Part shown: piece after piece, positions 1 to 9,058 of the stretch | Numbering within the stretch: the stretch's first letter is position 1 | Layout: every line of letters begins with the position of its first letter | NCBI GenBank assembly: GCA_045106515.1 | Contig: JBGCER010000082.1 | Coordinates: forward strand, 1-48,534 | Source of the DNA: Myxococcota bacterium | Lineage (GTDB): Bacteria > Myxococcota_A > UBA796 > GCA-2862545 | Length of the DNA: 48,534 nucleotides | Reading direction: 5' to 3' | Made by a program: the position numbers and the translations under genes | Notes under the pieces: generated by a model | Seen by the model: only the letters and a program-made list of their open reading frames with translations | Told to the model about the DNA's origin: nothing | Databases searched by the model: none

Positions 1-1
1 G

Positions 2-862
2 GCCGAGGTGGCTTGGGCATCGTCCAATACGCTCAACGTCTACGACCTCGATGGCCGCGCGATTTGGGCGGCCGCCGTCCGCGATAGCTCCGGCCTCGCC
101 GCGTGTTCGGGGTATGATATTGACGGAGATGGGGCGTATGAAGTGCTCTTCGCCGACGAAGACACCTTCTACATCTTCGACGGACGCACCGGTGAGGTCC
201 GCTTCTCCCAAGGCGGCCACGCCAGCGGAACGCTGTGGGAATACCCGGCCGTGGCCGACGCCGACAATGATGGCTCCGCCGAGATCGTGATGGCGAGCAA
301 CTTCTACGACGACGGCTGGGGAGGCATCACCGTGTTCGGCCAGGCCGATGACCAGTGGCTCAAGAGTGGCAGCACTTGGCACACCCACGACGTTGCCGTC
401 AGCAACATTCTGCCTGGTGGAACGGTGCCCGCCCGGCCGGAGCCGTGGTGGCAGACCTACAATGTGTATCGGGCGCGTCCGACCGTCGACTATTCAGGGT
501 ACGACCTTGAGATTGCGATTACCGACGTCTGCTTCGCAGGCTGCGAGGACGCGTCAGCGGTTCAGCTGGCGGTTCAGGTCTCCAATATTGGGATTGACGA
601 TGTGCAGACCGGCGTGCCCATCAGCCTATATAGCAGAACGGAAGACGAATATCGATTAATCGAGACCCGGATTTTGCAGGTGCCGATCCCGTCGGGTCGG
701 GCGCTCCCTGCGCTGGAGTTTGTGTTTCCCTACCAAGATTGGGGGCGGGATGGGGTTGTGGTGCGGGTCGACGACTGGGGCTCGGGCCGAGGCGGCTTGG
801 TCGAGTGCAATGAGCGGAACAACCTGGCCGAATACACCGACGGACCGTGCCTGCCGCAGTAG
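2..862 (+). CDS. FG-GAP/VCBS-repeat (beta-propeller) protein with C-terminal CARDB-like domain; 5' end cut by the window
   Basis: The frame is open to the window edge. FG-GAP-like Ca-binding repeats are present: YDIDGDGAYEVLFAD and ADADNDGSAEIVMAS. The C-terminal Ig-like segment ends in ECNERNN, typical of CARDB domains. Confidence 0.6.
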   Translation, partial: AEVAWASSNTLNVYDLDGRAIWAAAVRDSSGLAACSGYDIDGDGAYEVLFADEDTFYIFDGRTGEVRFSQGGHASGTLWEYPAVADADNDGSAEIVMASNFYDDGWGGITVFGQADDQWLKSGSTWHTHDVAVSNILPGGTVPARPEPWWQTYNVYRARPTVDYSGYDLEIAITDVCFAGCEDASAVQLAVQVSNIGIDDVQTGVPISLYSRTEDEYRLIETRILQVPIPSGRALPALEFVFPYQDWGRDGVVVRVDDWGSGRGGLVECNERNNLAEYTDGPCLPQ

Positions 863-902
863 GACGGGCAGCGGCCCGGATTCTTGGCGCCTCCATTAGA
901 AA

Positions 903-928
903 CGGCCCCCACCCAAGGGTGGAGGCCG
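903..928. terminator. GC-rich hairpin between convergent genes, a possible bidirectional terminator
   Basis: cggcccccaccc-aa-gggtggaggccg forms a 10-12 bp stem with one mismatch, followed by tgttctatt. It lies between the stop at 862 (+) and the stop at 959 (-). Confidence 0.4.
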
Positions 929-958
929 TGTTCTATTCGAAGACTCCGTAGGCTCGGC

Positions 959-1606
959 CTACCACTCTTCCTCTTCCTCGGCGCCGTAGAGCAGCTCTTC
1001 GAGGAGGGCTGGCCACCAATTGGTGTCGACTTCGTACACCTTGGCGCCGCGCTCGAGCAGCGTCGTCTTGGGGGTGGCGCTCTCTGGGTTCCAACGGCCG
1101 AACACCGTTCGATTGGGGTCGGACAGCACGGGGAAGGTCAGACCCTTCTCTTTGGCGAGCTGCATGGCGGTCTCGGGCGTTCCATCATAGAACACCATAA
1201 CCGGCATAAATCCGTCGTCCTTATATTCCTGGTACACTTGCTCCAGACCTGAAGCGTTCGCGGTGCAGCTGCTTCACGTGAAGCCGCTGTATTCGACGAG
1301 GACCACCGAGTTGCAGAAGTCATGCAGCTTCCACTGCTCGCCGTATTGGTCGAGCAGAGCGAAGTTTTCTGCGACTTGCCCCTGGGTGTTTCCGGTGGAC
1401 TGCACGTCTTTGCGACACGCAGCGTCTTTGACCCAACCGCCGGCGTATGGAATGTCGGATTCGTCGAGGGGATCGGATCCCATCGCAAATTCGTCGCCGT
1501 TGTTGAAGCCGTCACCGTCCTCGTCAGCGAGAGGATCTAGCTCCTTCTCGCCTCCGCATGCGCTCAAGGTCAGAAGTGCCAACGACAGCATTGCGATGCG
1601 GGTCAT
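959..1606 (-). CDS. Thioredoxin-fold (redoxin/TlpA-like) lipoprotein with in-frame TGA at the first position of the CxxC motif; predicted selenoprotein (UxxC)
   Basis: ORFs 1274-1606 and 959-1237 share one frame, separated only by TGA at 1274-1276. The read-through gives VVLVEYSGFT-U-SSC-TANASGLEQVYQEYKDDGFMPVMV, which has the thioredoxin-fold layout around WCxxC. The N-terminus MTRIAMLSLALLTLSACGG is a lipobox signal. AAGGAGG lies 4 nt before the ATG at 1606. Confidence 0.7.
1228..1276 (-). other. UGA recoding context: candidate SECIS-like hairpins immediately 3' of the in-frame UGA
   Basis: In the mRNA, UGAAGC (1276-1271) pairs perfectly with GCUUCA (1255-1250), enclosing 15 nt. A second weaker hairpin, UCUGG/CCAGG (1247-1243 / 1232-1228), has a 10-nt loop AGCAAGUGUA. 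I have not scored either against a SECIS model. Confidence 0.35.
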
Positions 1607-1732
1607 GGAGCCTCCTTGCTTGGCCCTGGGATCATCCCAGGCTCTACGAGTGTACCGGATAGTCCACCCTTTTTAGTGAACGGATTGTCAGGCCGGCTTC
1701 CGTTGCCGTAGCAGCCGATGTTCTCGGTGGGA

Positions 1733-2875
1733 TCAAGGCGCACCCCGGCGTAGGGTCGGATGAGGGCCGAATGCAGCCTCGTACTCACCCAGGAGCTGCC
1801 ACGCGGCTGGATCGCCGGTGGACGCCAGCGCGGTGATCAGCGCTGCGAGCCCTGGGGCATCGGTGGGCATCCCGTCGTCCAGCAATGCGCTGGCCGCCGG
1901 TCCCGGTCGACCACAAGAAAGAAGACTCGGACCCAGAGTTTTTAGGGTCATGGCTCGCCACTTGGCCGCGTCGTCCGCCGTGTCGGGCGCGAGAGGTTGG
2001 GTGCCGCGCCGAACGCTGATGCCCCAGCTCATGTGGACGGCGTCGATCGCCGAATGGAGCTCGACATCGACGTCGACCTGATCACCGGGTTGGGTGGATG
2101 TGAGGCCGTGTGGCCACAAGACTTGGTTCCAGAAAGTGCGGCGGCCTGGGCCGGTTTTCAGGGTGAGCCCCGGAGCCAGGGAGGCCTCGAACCACGCGAC
2201 GATGCCTCGGAAGCGTCCGGGGTTCTTTAGGGTCCAAGATGCTTGTGCCCCTACGCGAGGCGGCACGTCCACCGGGTCCAACGCGGCGATGACCGTGGGA
2301 TCTGCCAAGAGGGAGGCCGCGGCTGCGGTGACGGTCCACGGCACCTGGTAGGCCTGCTGCAACGCGCCTGTGAGGTCCACGCCGGCGAGGGGGATTTCCA
2401 GCCTATCTAAGGGAGGATGGGCGATTTCGGCCAATGGTGCGGCCAGGATGCGCACGCTCTGTGGCGCCCACCGGGTGTGCTCGTGGGCCCAGCCTCTGGC
2501 GGCTCGCAGTGCGCGCGCCATGGCGGCGTCGGGCATGAGTCGGCCGATGAAGTCGCACAGGATGACGTCGACGGGCTCCGGGGGCACCGTCGCTAAGTCT
2601 GCGCGGATCACCTCAACAACGTCTTGTACGTGATTGTCCGCCACGATGGTCTTGGCGAGCTCGGCCGCATCCGACGACTCCACAGCGATCACCCGACCCG
2701 CGCCGGCGCGCGCGGCGAGCACCGCCAGCACACCGGTGCCTGTTCCCACGTCCAACACCACATCGCCCGGGCGAATCAGCTGGTCAATCGCCCGTTTCCA
2801 CGCGCTCATCCGCCACGGGTCGGACAGGAGCTGCACGTGGTAGGGCAGGCCTGCGTGGTGGCCGTCGAGACTCAT
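1733..2875 (-). CDS. Class I SAM-dependent methyltransferase, protein arginine methyltransferase (PRMT)-like
   Basis: Motif I is VVLDVGTGTGVLAVLAARAG. VDVILCDFIGRLMPDAAM aligns to the PRMT double-E loop region. RTFWNQVLWP resembles the PRMT THWKQ loop. The ATG at 2875 follows AAGGAGG and overlaps the upstream stop (ATGA). The 122-aa extension in the track ORF overlaps the upstream gene, so I trimmed it. Confidence 0.6.
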   Translation of the reverse strand: MSLDGHHAGLPYHVQLLSDPWRMSAWKRAIDQLIRPGDVVLDVGTGTGVLAVLAARAGAGRVIAVESSDAAELAKTIVADNHVQDVVEVIRADLATVPPEPVDVILCDFIGRLMPDAAMARALRAARGWAHEHTRWAPQSVRILAAPLAEIAHPPLDRLEIPLAGVDLTGALQQAYQVPWTVTAAAASLLADPTVIAALDPVDVPPRVGAQASWTLKNPGRFRGIVAWFEASLAPGLTLKTGPGRRTFWNQVLWPHGLTSTQPGDQVDVDVELHSAIDAVHMSWGISVRRGTQPLAPDTADDAAKWRAMTLKTLGPSLLSCGRPGPAASALLDDGMPTDAPGLAALITALASTGDPAAWQLLGEYEAAFGPHPTLRRGAP

Positions 2876-4026
2876 AGGAACCTCCTTGGGGACATCCACT
2901 CGGGTAGACCATGCTCTCCGGTGAGTAGGCCTTGGGCCACGCCCTCTCCGGCTGCCAGGGCTAGGGCAGGGGCAAAGCCCTGAAATCCCGTGCAGCTCAA
3001 GAGGGTGGGGTCGCCGGGCATGGGCCCTAGGATGGGCAATCCATCGCAGGTGGCCGTGAGGATCCGAGCCCAGGAGTGGCTGATATTGGAGTCCTCGACC
3101 GGAAGATGTGAGGCGACAAAGCTGCGGATCTTCTCTAGGACTGAGTCTAGGGGCACCTCCTCGGTCTCCCCCATTTCCAAGTGCTGTGTGGCCCAGCGGC
3201 AGCCGGAGATCACCAGGCCGCCCAGCTCGTCTCGTCGCCACGTGATGTAGCCATATTGAGCACGCCCACAGGTGAGGTTGTCAGGGGCATGATCGTAGCG
3301 AAGGCTGTGTTCTCGGACCGGGAGCAGCTTGTCCGAGAACCAAGGGTCGAGCGCTTTTAGCGCCCAGCCGGCGCAGAGCACGACCGCATCCGCCACGATC
3401 GCGCCCTCGGCGGTGTGAACCCGATGGGTGTCGCCTGGCCGATCCAAGGACGTGACGCGCTGGTCTGTGCAGACGTGGCCGCCCAGCTGCCGCAACCGAG
3501 CCACCATGGCTACGCAGAGCGCCTCCACGTCCACGCTGGATTCGCCCTGCACGTGCATACCGGCGGTGAACGCCCGCCCGGCGCTTCGGTCGGTCGCCGT
3601 GGGCGCGTCCAGCTCGGTGACCTTGAGGCCGATCCCCTGGAGTGCGACGGCCGACTTGGCGATTTCATCCACCTCGCGGGCATCGATGGCCAGGTGTAGG
3701 GGCGGAGGACCCAGCTCGACGAACCTTGCGATGATCTCGCGATTACGTTGGGAGATTGCATAAATTTCGGCGGTCCGTTCCGCGCCGATACTGTGGATGA
3801 GCCGCCAGGGGTGCTCCGGTAGTCCCCCGGTCAGGACCCCCGGGTCCCGACCGCCGCTGCCCCGTCCGCACGCGATGCGGCTCTCAACCACCGCGACGCG
3901 CACGCCTTCAGTGGCGAGCCGGATGGCCGCCGAGAGACCGGAGAGGCCCCCGCCGACGATGGCGACGTCGACCTGGGTGGGAAGGCGGTCGGAGGGCGTG
4001 GGAGCGTGGCGAAACGGCGGATGCAT
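2872..4026 (-). CDS. FAD-dependent oxidoreductase, DAO family (glycine/sarcosine/D-amino-acid oxidase-like)
   Basis: The N-terminal dinucleotide fold VDVAIVGGGLSGLSAAIRLA...VAVVE is present. Length (384 aa) and layout are typical of the DAO family. Confidence 0.65.
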   Translation of the reverse strand: MHPPFRHAPTPSDRLPTQVDVAIVGGGLSGLSAAIRLATEGVRVAVVESRIACGRGSGGRDPGVLTGGLPEHPWRLIHSIGAERTAEIYAISQRNREIIARFVELGPPPLHLAIDAREVDEIAKSAVALQGIGLKVTELDAPTATDRSAGRAFTAGMHVQGESSVDVEALCVAMVARLRQLGGHVCTDQRVTSLDRPGDTHRVHTAEGAIVADAVVLCAGWALKALDPWFSDKLLPVREHSLRYDHAPDNLTCGRAQYGYITWRRDELGGLVISGCRWATQHLEMGETEEVPLDSVLEKIRSFVASHLPVEDSNISHSWARILTATCDGLPILGPMPGDPTLLSCTGFQGFAPALALAAGEGVAQGLLTGEHGLPEWMSPRRFL

Positions 4027-4058
4027 GGCCCGCAGGGTATCTCACTGGCGCCGACCCC

Positions 4059-5357
4059 TTACGCGACGGAGGCCTCAAGCAAGGCCTTGGCGCGTCGGGC
4101 CACGGACGGATCGGGATGCTTGACGAGGCGGCGACACCGGTCGAGAACGCCTCGATCCTTGATGGGCGCAAGCGCCGTGAGGGCTGCGACCACGCGTTCG
4201 ATGGGCGGGGCCTTTCGCCAGAACGCCCACCCGGGGCTGGCGGCGTTGTCCAGCAGGATCAAGAGGGGGCGGACATCGGTTTGTGGGTGCGCGGCGAGCA
4301 TCGCGGCGAGCTCCCTGGCGCGTCCGGGCAGCTCTGGGCTGCTGGCGAGACGTCGGACTTCGGCGCTCAGATCGAGGGGGCCCCTCGTGACGCCATCGCC
4401 CTCAAGAAACCGCACCTCTGGGTATCGCGGGTGCTCCTGCGGGCTCATCCGGGTGCGGCCGGCGTAGATGGGCACCACCACCTTGGTCGCGAAGGCGGGA
4501 AGGTCGGCCCCACCCAACTGGGCCAGCAGGGCGCTGAGCTGCTCTGCCGCGTCATTCATCCATGGGCGCTCGTCCTGCGAGTAGGCGCACATCAGCCGAA
4601 GCAGGGCTCTCAGGTCGGCTTGTGCCGCGCCCGCGGCTTGGAGGTCGGCGTGTTCGATGGCACGTTTGACGTCTTCGTCATGCTTGTCGAACCGTAGGCT
4701 CACCACCGGCTTGTGGCCCGAGAGGAGCTGCACGAGCGTCAGTCCGAGGGCGTAGACGTCGCCTTTGGGCGTGTCGAGGCCGTCGTACCGCTCGGGAGAG
4801 ATGTACCCTCGTGAGCCAGGTACGAAGGCCGTGGACTGGGTCTCTCGGTCGCCAAACGATGCTTTGGCCATCCCAAAGTCGACGACTTTGACGACGCCGT
4901 CCACGGAGAGCATCACATTGTCGGGCTTGAGGTCGCGGTGGATGACTCGCATGGGGTGATTGTCGGAGCCGGTGACGCTGCTCCATGCGGCTTCCAGTCC
5001 GAGGGCCGCGTCGCGGACCATGGCGATGGCAACCGGGATGGGCAGGGTGGTTTGGTCCCTGAGAAGCTCGTCGGCGTTGGCGCCACGCACGTACTCCATC
5101 ACGACGGCCTGGCGTCCGTTGACCTCCAAGGTGGGTTGGACGCGAACCAGATTGTCGTGATTTAACCTGGATAACATACGGGCTTCGTCGCGCGCACGCT
5201 CAAGCAGCCCCTTCTGGCTCGCCCGGTCCAGAGAGAGGACCTTGATCGCAAAAACCTCGTCCGCAGTGTCTTTTGCGATGCAGACGACTCCGAACCCACC
5301 CTTCGACGGGATTTCGAGCAGCTCATATTTTGTGGTCTGGATGTTCACGGGGCACAC
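4059..5357 (-). CDS. Hanks-type Ser/Thr protein kinase with C-terminal helical (HEAT-like) region
   Basis: Kinase motifs seen: GGFGVVCIAKD, AIKVL, HRDLKPDNVML, DFGMAKA and GSRGYISPER. Confidence 0.85.
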   Translation of the reverse strand: MCPVNIQTTKYELLEIPSKGGFGVVCIAKDTADEVFAIKVLSLDRASQKGLLERARDEARMLSRLNHDNLVRVQPTLEVNGRQAVVMEYVRGANADELLRDQTTLPIPVAIAMVRDAALGLEAAWSSVTGSDNHPMRVIHRDLKPDNVMLSVDGVVKVVDFGMAKASFGDRETQSTAFVPGSRGYISPERYDGLDTPKGDVYALGLTLVQLLSGHKPVVSLRFDKHDEDVKRAIEHADLQAAGAAQADLRALLRLMCAYSQDERPWMNDAAEQLSALLAQLGGADLPAFATKVVVPIYAGRTRMSPQEHPRYPEVRFLEGDGVTRGPLDLSAEVRRLASSPELPGRARELAAMLAAHPQTDVRPLLILLDNAASPGWAFWRKAPPIERVVAALTALAPIKDRGVLDRCRRLVKHPDPSVARRAKALLEASVA

Positions 5358-5483
5358 GTTGCCCTGTCCGGAGCCGATTGGGGAGTGCTGGCGTGAGGTT
5401 CACACCACGTTCTACAGGTTCTGGACATCGGGCCCGGTCGCTTAGCGGCCGGGCGGGTAGGGGTTGGCGGCGGAGGTCGGTAC

Positions 5484-6077
5484 ATGACATTGCTGGAACG
5501 GTCGTTGTGGGTGTTTGACATGGACGGAACCCTCACCGTTCCGGCTCATGATTTCGCCGGGTTTAAAGCAGATCATGGTCTTCCAGACGACAAGGATGTT
5601 CTCGCCGGTACGCTAGCGCTGCCCGAACCGCGCCGGTCCGAGGTCCTTCAGGCGATTCGGGACTGGGAAGACCACATCGCTGCGATGGCGACGGCCCAGG
5701 CGGACGCGGTCCGCCTGCTCGATGCGCTTCGCGTTCGGGGCGCAACTCTTGCGGTGCTCACCCGCAATACGAAGCCTGGGGCGACGATCACGCTCGCAGC
5801 GGCGGGCCTCGATGCCTACTTTCCCGATGAGGCGCTGGTGCTGGGGCGAGATTGTGCAGCCGCGAAGCCGGAGCCCGACGGCGTACAGCTGCTGATGCGC
5901 CGTGCGGGGCGCGGGCCATCGGACACGGTCATGGTCGGCGACTGGGTCTTTGATGTGATGGCCGGCAAGAGGGCGGGGGCCGCCTCTGTTCTGGTGGAGC
6001 GGCACGGACCGAGCCCAGCGGAATGGGCGCCCCACTGCGATCATGTGGTGGCCTCGCTCGACGAGCTGCTAGCCTAG
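5484..6077 (+). CDS. HAD-superfamily hydrolase (phosphatase-like)
   Basis: DxDxT motif VFDMDGTLT is present, with LTRN and GDWVFD as later HAD motifs. GGAGG lies 7 nt upstream of the ATG. Confidence 0.75.
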   Translation: MTLLERSLWVFDMDGTLTVPAHDFAGFKADHGLPDDKDVLAGTLALPEPRRSEVLQAIRDWEDHIAAMATAQADAVRLLDALRVRGATLAVLTRNTKPGATITLAAAGLDAYFPDEALVLGRDCAAAKPEPDGVQLLMRRAGRGPSDTVMVGDWVFDVMAGKRAGAASVLVERHGPSPAEWAPHCDHVVASLDELLA

Positions 6078-6083
6078 GCGGCC

Positions 6084-7082
6084 ATGGTCCTGATGCCCCG
6101 AAATGCTTGGTATGCCGTCGCTCACTGTGGGGCGGTCTCGTCGCCTGTAGCCGTGGTGCTCTTCGACCTAGCGGTCGTGCTGTTTCGCGGGGACAGCGGC
6201 GTGGTTGCGTTCGTGGACCGGTGCCCCCATCGGCACGCGGCCTTGTCCGGGGGCTCGGTGGTGGGGGGCCAGATCCGCTGTGGGTACCACGGGTGGAGGT
6301 TCGATGATTCTGGTGCCTGTACCGATATTCCAGGGCTCATGGGTGGCTCCTGTGACACGCCAGCTCGCCGGCTGACGCCTGTGCCCTGCGTCGAAGCCGA
6401 GGGCCTCGTGTGGATCGGTGTGGGCGAGCCGCCGGGGGCGGTGCCGCCCGTGCAGACGCGCTCGTCTGGGCCGGGTATTGTGTGCTTAAATTGGTCGTTT
6501 TTCGTACAATGCGATCCGGTGGATGCCATCGAGAACTTCTTGGATCCCATGCATACGCACTTCATCCACTCGGGCCTGGTGCGCACCGATGGGGCTCGTC
6601 GCTCCGTTCCAGTGCGGGTCCAGTCGATCGAGGGCGGTGTGGAGGCGGTCTATTCGGAGGCTCAGCAGTCGGGGCGCATCGCCCGCTGGTTCGGTGCGGA
6701 CATTGTGGAGTCTTATGGCCGCTATCTGTGGCCTGGTCTAGCTCAGCTTGGCTATCGTGACGCCCGCGGCGTCGAGAGAATGACGATCACGGCGTCCTTC
6801 GTTCCGACCGAAGCGGGCGTCGCTGTCACGGCGGTGGTGGCGGGCGCCCCTCCCGGTTGGGTGCCCCCTTGGGCGGCCCGTGCGCTCATCGGCCCGTTCC
6901 TACGCCGCACGGTCGAGCAAGATCGCCGAGTCTTGGAGCAGGTCGCCTCCGCCCGCCGAGAGGGGGCTCCCGCGTATGCCATGTCTCCGGTAGACCTGCT
7001 TCGCCCGCATATCGAGCGTCGGCTGCGGGACCCGAGCCGGCCGTCTCCGGTGAGTCCCTCAGACCTTGTGGTGGAGCTGTAG
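6084..7082 (+). CDS. Rieske [2Fe-2S] non-heme iron oxygenase (VanA/PaO/KshA-like alpha subunit)
   Basis: Rieske ligands are CPHRH...CGYHGWRF. The mononuclear Fe motif is NFLDPMHTHFIH (D-x2-H-x4-H). Confidence 0.8.
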   Translation: MVLMPRNAWYAVAHCGAVSSPVAVVLFDLAVVLFRGDSGVVAFVDRCPHRHAALSGGSVVGGQIRCGYHGWRFDDSGACTDIPGLMGGSCDTPARRLTPVPCVEAEGLVWIGVGEPPGAVPPVQTRSSGPGIVCLNWSFFVQCDPVDAIENFLDPMHTHFIHSGLVRTDGARRSVPVRVQSIEGGVEAVYSEAQQSGRIARWFGADIVESYGRYLWPGLAQLGYRDARGVERMTITASFVPTEAGVAVTAVVAGAPPGWVPPWAARALIGPFLRRTVEQDRRVLEQVASARREGAPAYAMSPVDLLRPHIERRLRDPSRPSPVSPSDLVVEL

Positions 7083-7150
7083 TGCTGGGTTCTCTGCTGC
7101 GGCGGTGGGCGCAGTGGGAGGGCTATCGACCCCTCGATTCGATTCCTCAA

Positions 7151-9049
7151 ATGCCGGTTCCGTCGGGTGAGACCGTCTGGATCTTGGGCGTGAACGGCGG
7201 GAGTCACGACGCCGGTGCCGCCCTCGTGCAGGTGAGGGCTGGCGAGGCCCGCCTGGTGCTCAACGCTGAAGAAGAGCGGTGGAGTCGGACGAAGCACGAA
7301 TGCGGACTCCCCGTTCATTCACTCCAAGCTGCGCTATCGCTCGTTCATTCTCAAGGGGGCAGCCCCGAGCAGATCGTCGCTGCGGCGTGTGGGTGGGACT
7401 TCGCGGCCTTTGTCGAGACGTGGGTGGGTGAGGTCGGGGCCGAGCTCCCGCGAAGCCTTGGCCTGCTTCGGGCTCAAGGCACCGTGGACGTGCCTGCTGC
7501 CCGGGGCCTGCCTCGGTGCGTTCGACGGCACATTGGGTCACACGTGCAGGGCGTGGCGGTGGTAGCTCACCACGATGCCCATGCCTGGGGATCATGGTTG
7601 CTCTCGCCTTGGGGGCAGGACGAAGAGCCGACGCTGGTGCTGGTGATCGACGGGATGGGAGACCGGGGGGCGCTGTCGGTCTACTTGGCCGCACAGGGAG
7701 ATCTGGCGCTCGTCTACCAGCACGACAGCGTCTTCGATTCCCTAGGGCTGATGTACCAGTGGCTGTCTTCGACCCAAGGCGGCTGGACCCCGTTGGCCAG
7801 CGAGGGACGCCTGATGGGAGCGGCGGCCTGGGGCGAGTGTGATCGGGCTCGGAACGCTATCTATCAAGAGCTTCGGGCGATGCTAATCTTGGGAGACGAT
7901 GGGTCGGTCGGGCTCGACCGGCAGTGGATTCAGTGGCACCTGACGCCCCGCAGACCCTATGGTGTGCCGCTCCGTAAGGTGCTTGGAGAACCGATTTCTA
8001 CCTCCAAGCTCTGGGATCCAAACGCCGTGTTGGACCCCCACAACCTTGAGGTACCCGAGCTCACCCAGCAGCGTCTAGACCGGGCAGCCGCGATCCAGCT
8101 CGTGTTCGAGGACGCGGTCCGTCACGTGCTCGACCACTGGGTGCGTCGGACTGGGGTTCGCCGGGTGGTGTGGACGGGAGGCACCGCTCTCAACGCTGTC
8201 GCTGCGCTGAGGATCGGAGAGGCCTGTCCACATCTGCAGCTGTGGACGCCCCCCATGCCCGGAGACAATGGGGTGGCGGCGGGTGCGGCGCTGCGCTTGG
8301 GCCAACACATGGGATGGATCACCACGGTGCAGCCCCTTCGCCATGCCTTCGTGGGCGGCGGTGGCCTGACCTCGACGGGCATCGAGCATGCGCTGCTCGG
8401 TTTTCACGGTTCGGTTGTGGAAATCCCAACGTCTGAGCTGCCTGAACGGCTGGCGGGATGGCTCTACGCAGGGGCGGTGGTGGGGCTCGCGCAGGGGCAA
8501 GCCGAGACGGGGCCCCGCGCTCTTGGACACCGCAGCATTCTGGCCGATCCCACGCGAGACGATGCCCTAGAGCGGATCAATCAGCATGTGAAGCGCCGGG
8601 AGGCGGTGAGGCCGTTGGCGCCCATGATGCTCGCCGAGGACGCTCAGCGATTCTTTGAAATAGTTCCGATGGAAGGCCATGATCCGTGGTCGGCTTGGCG
8701 ATGGATGGTGCGGTGCGCCCGGGCCCGGCCCGGCGCTGCGCAGGCGCTCCCCGCGGTGGTTCACGTGGACGGCAGCTCCCGTGTTCAGGTGGTCGATCCC
8801 CACGTCGATCCTCTCCTTGGGGCCACGCTTTCCCACATCAAGGCCCACACGGGCATCGCATGCTTGGTGAACACCTCGTTGAACGTGGGGGCGCCCATCG
8901 CGCACTCGGCGGAGGATGTGCTGCGGACCTTAAGCCGGGCCAAGGACCTACATGGCGTCGTGATCGTGGGCGATGACGGCCGGAGCTGGCTCGCCTTCTT
9001 GCCGGACCGCGACGCAGGTCGCGAGCTTGCAGGGTGGGTAGCGGGCTAG
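7151..9049 (+). CDS. Carbamoyltransferase, NodU/CmcH/TobZ family
   Basis: Motifs seen: the N-terminal WILGVNGGSHDAGAALV, VVHVDGSSRVQVV and CLVNTSLNVGAPI. I placed the start at ATG 7151. An in-frame GTG at 7082 overlapping the Rieske stop is an alternative. The track ORF start at 6857 overlaps the Rieske gene and I rejected it. Confidence 0.8.
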   Translation: MPVPSGETVWILGVNGGSHDAGAALVQVRAGEARLVLNAEEERWSRTKHECGLPVHSLQAALSLVHSQGGSPEQIVAAACGWDFAAFVETWVGEVGAELPRSLGLLRAQGTVDVPAARGLPRCVRRHIGSHVQGVAVVAHHDAHAWGSWLLSPWGQDEEPTLVLVIDGMGDRGALSVYLAAQGDLALVYQHDSVFDSLGLMYQWLSSTQGGWTPLASEGRLMGAAAWGECDRARNAIYQELRAMLILGDDGSVGLDRQWIQWHLTPRRPYGVPLRKVLGEPISTSKLWDPNAVLDPHNLEVPELTQQRLDRAAAIQLVFEDAVRHVLDHWVRRTGVRRVVWTGGTALNAVAALRIGEACPHLQLWTPPMPGDNGVAAGAALRLGQHMGWITTVQPLRHAFVGGGGLTSTGIEHALLGFHGSVVEIPTSELPERLAGWLYAGAVVGLAQGQAETGPRALGHRSILADPTRDDALERINQHVKRREAVRPLAPMMLAEDAQRFFEIVPMEGHDPWSAWRWMVRCARARPGAAQALPAVVHVDGSSRVQVVDPHVDPLLGATLSHIKAHTGIACLVNTSLNVGAPIAHSAEDVLRTLSRAKDLHGVVIVGDDGRSWLAFLPDRDAGRELAGWVAG

Positions 9050-9058
9050 TCGACCGCC

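Noticed and set aside
959-1606. Alternative reading of the TGA-split redoxin as a pseudogene or as two separate genes.
   Set aside because: I did not adopt this as the primary call. The stop falls exactly at the catalytic Cys position of an otherwise intact, same-frame thioredoxin fold, and a hairpin starts at the UGA. A sequencing error or a genome lacking Sec machinery cannot be excluded from this window alone.
2876-3241. N-terminal 122-aa extension of the methyltransferase ORF (track ORF 1733-3241).
   Set aside because: It overlaps the FAD oxidoreductase gene in another frame and is Arg/Pro/Gly-rich. An internal ATG with AAGGAGG and an ATGA overlap gives a canonical start.
6857-7150. N-terminal extension of the carbamoyltransferase ORF.
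   Set aside because: It overlaps the 3' end of the Rieske gene and has shadow-frame composition. The family's N-terminus (ILG.NGGSHD) begins right after ATG 7151.
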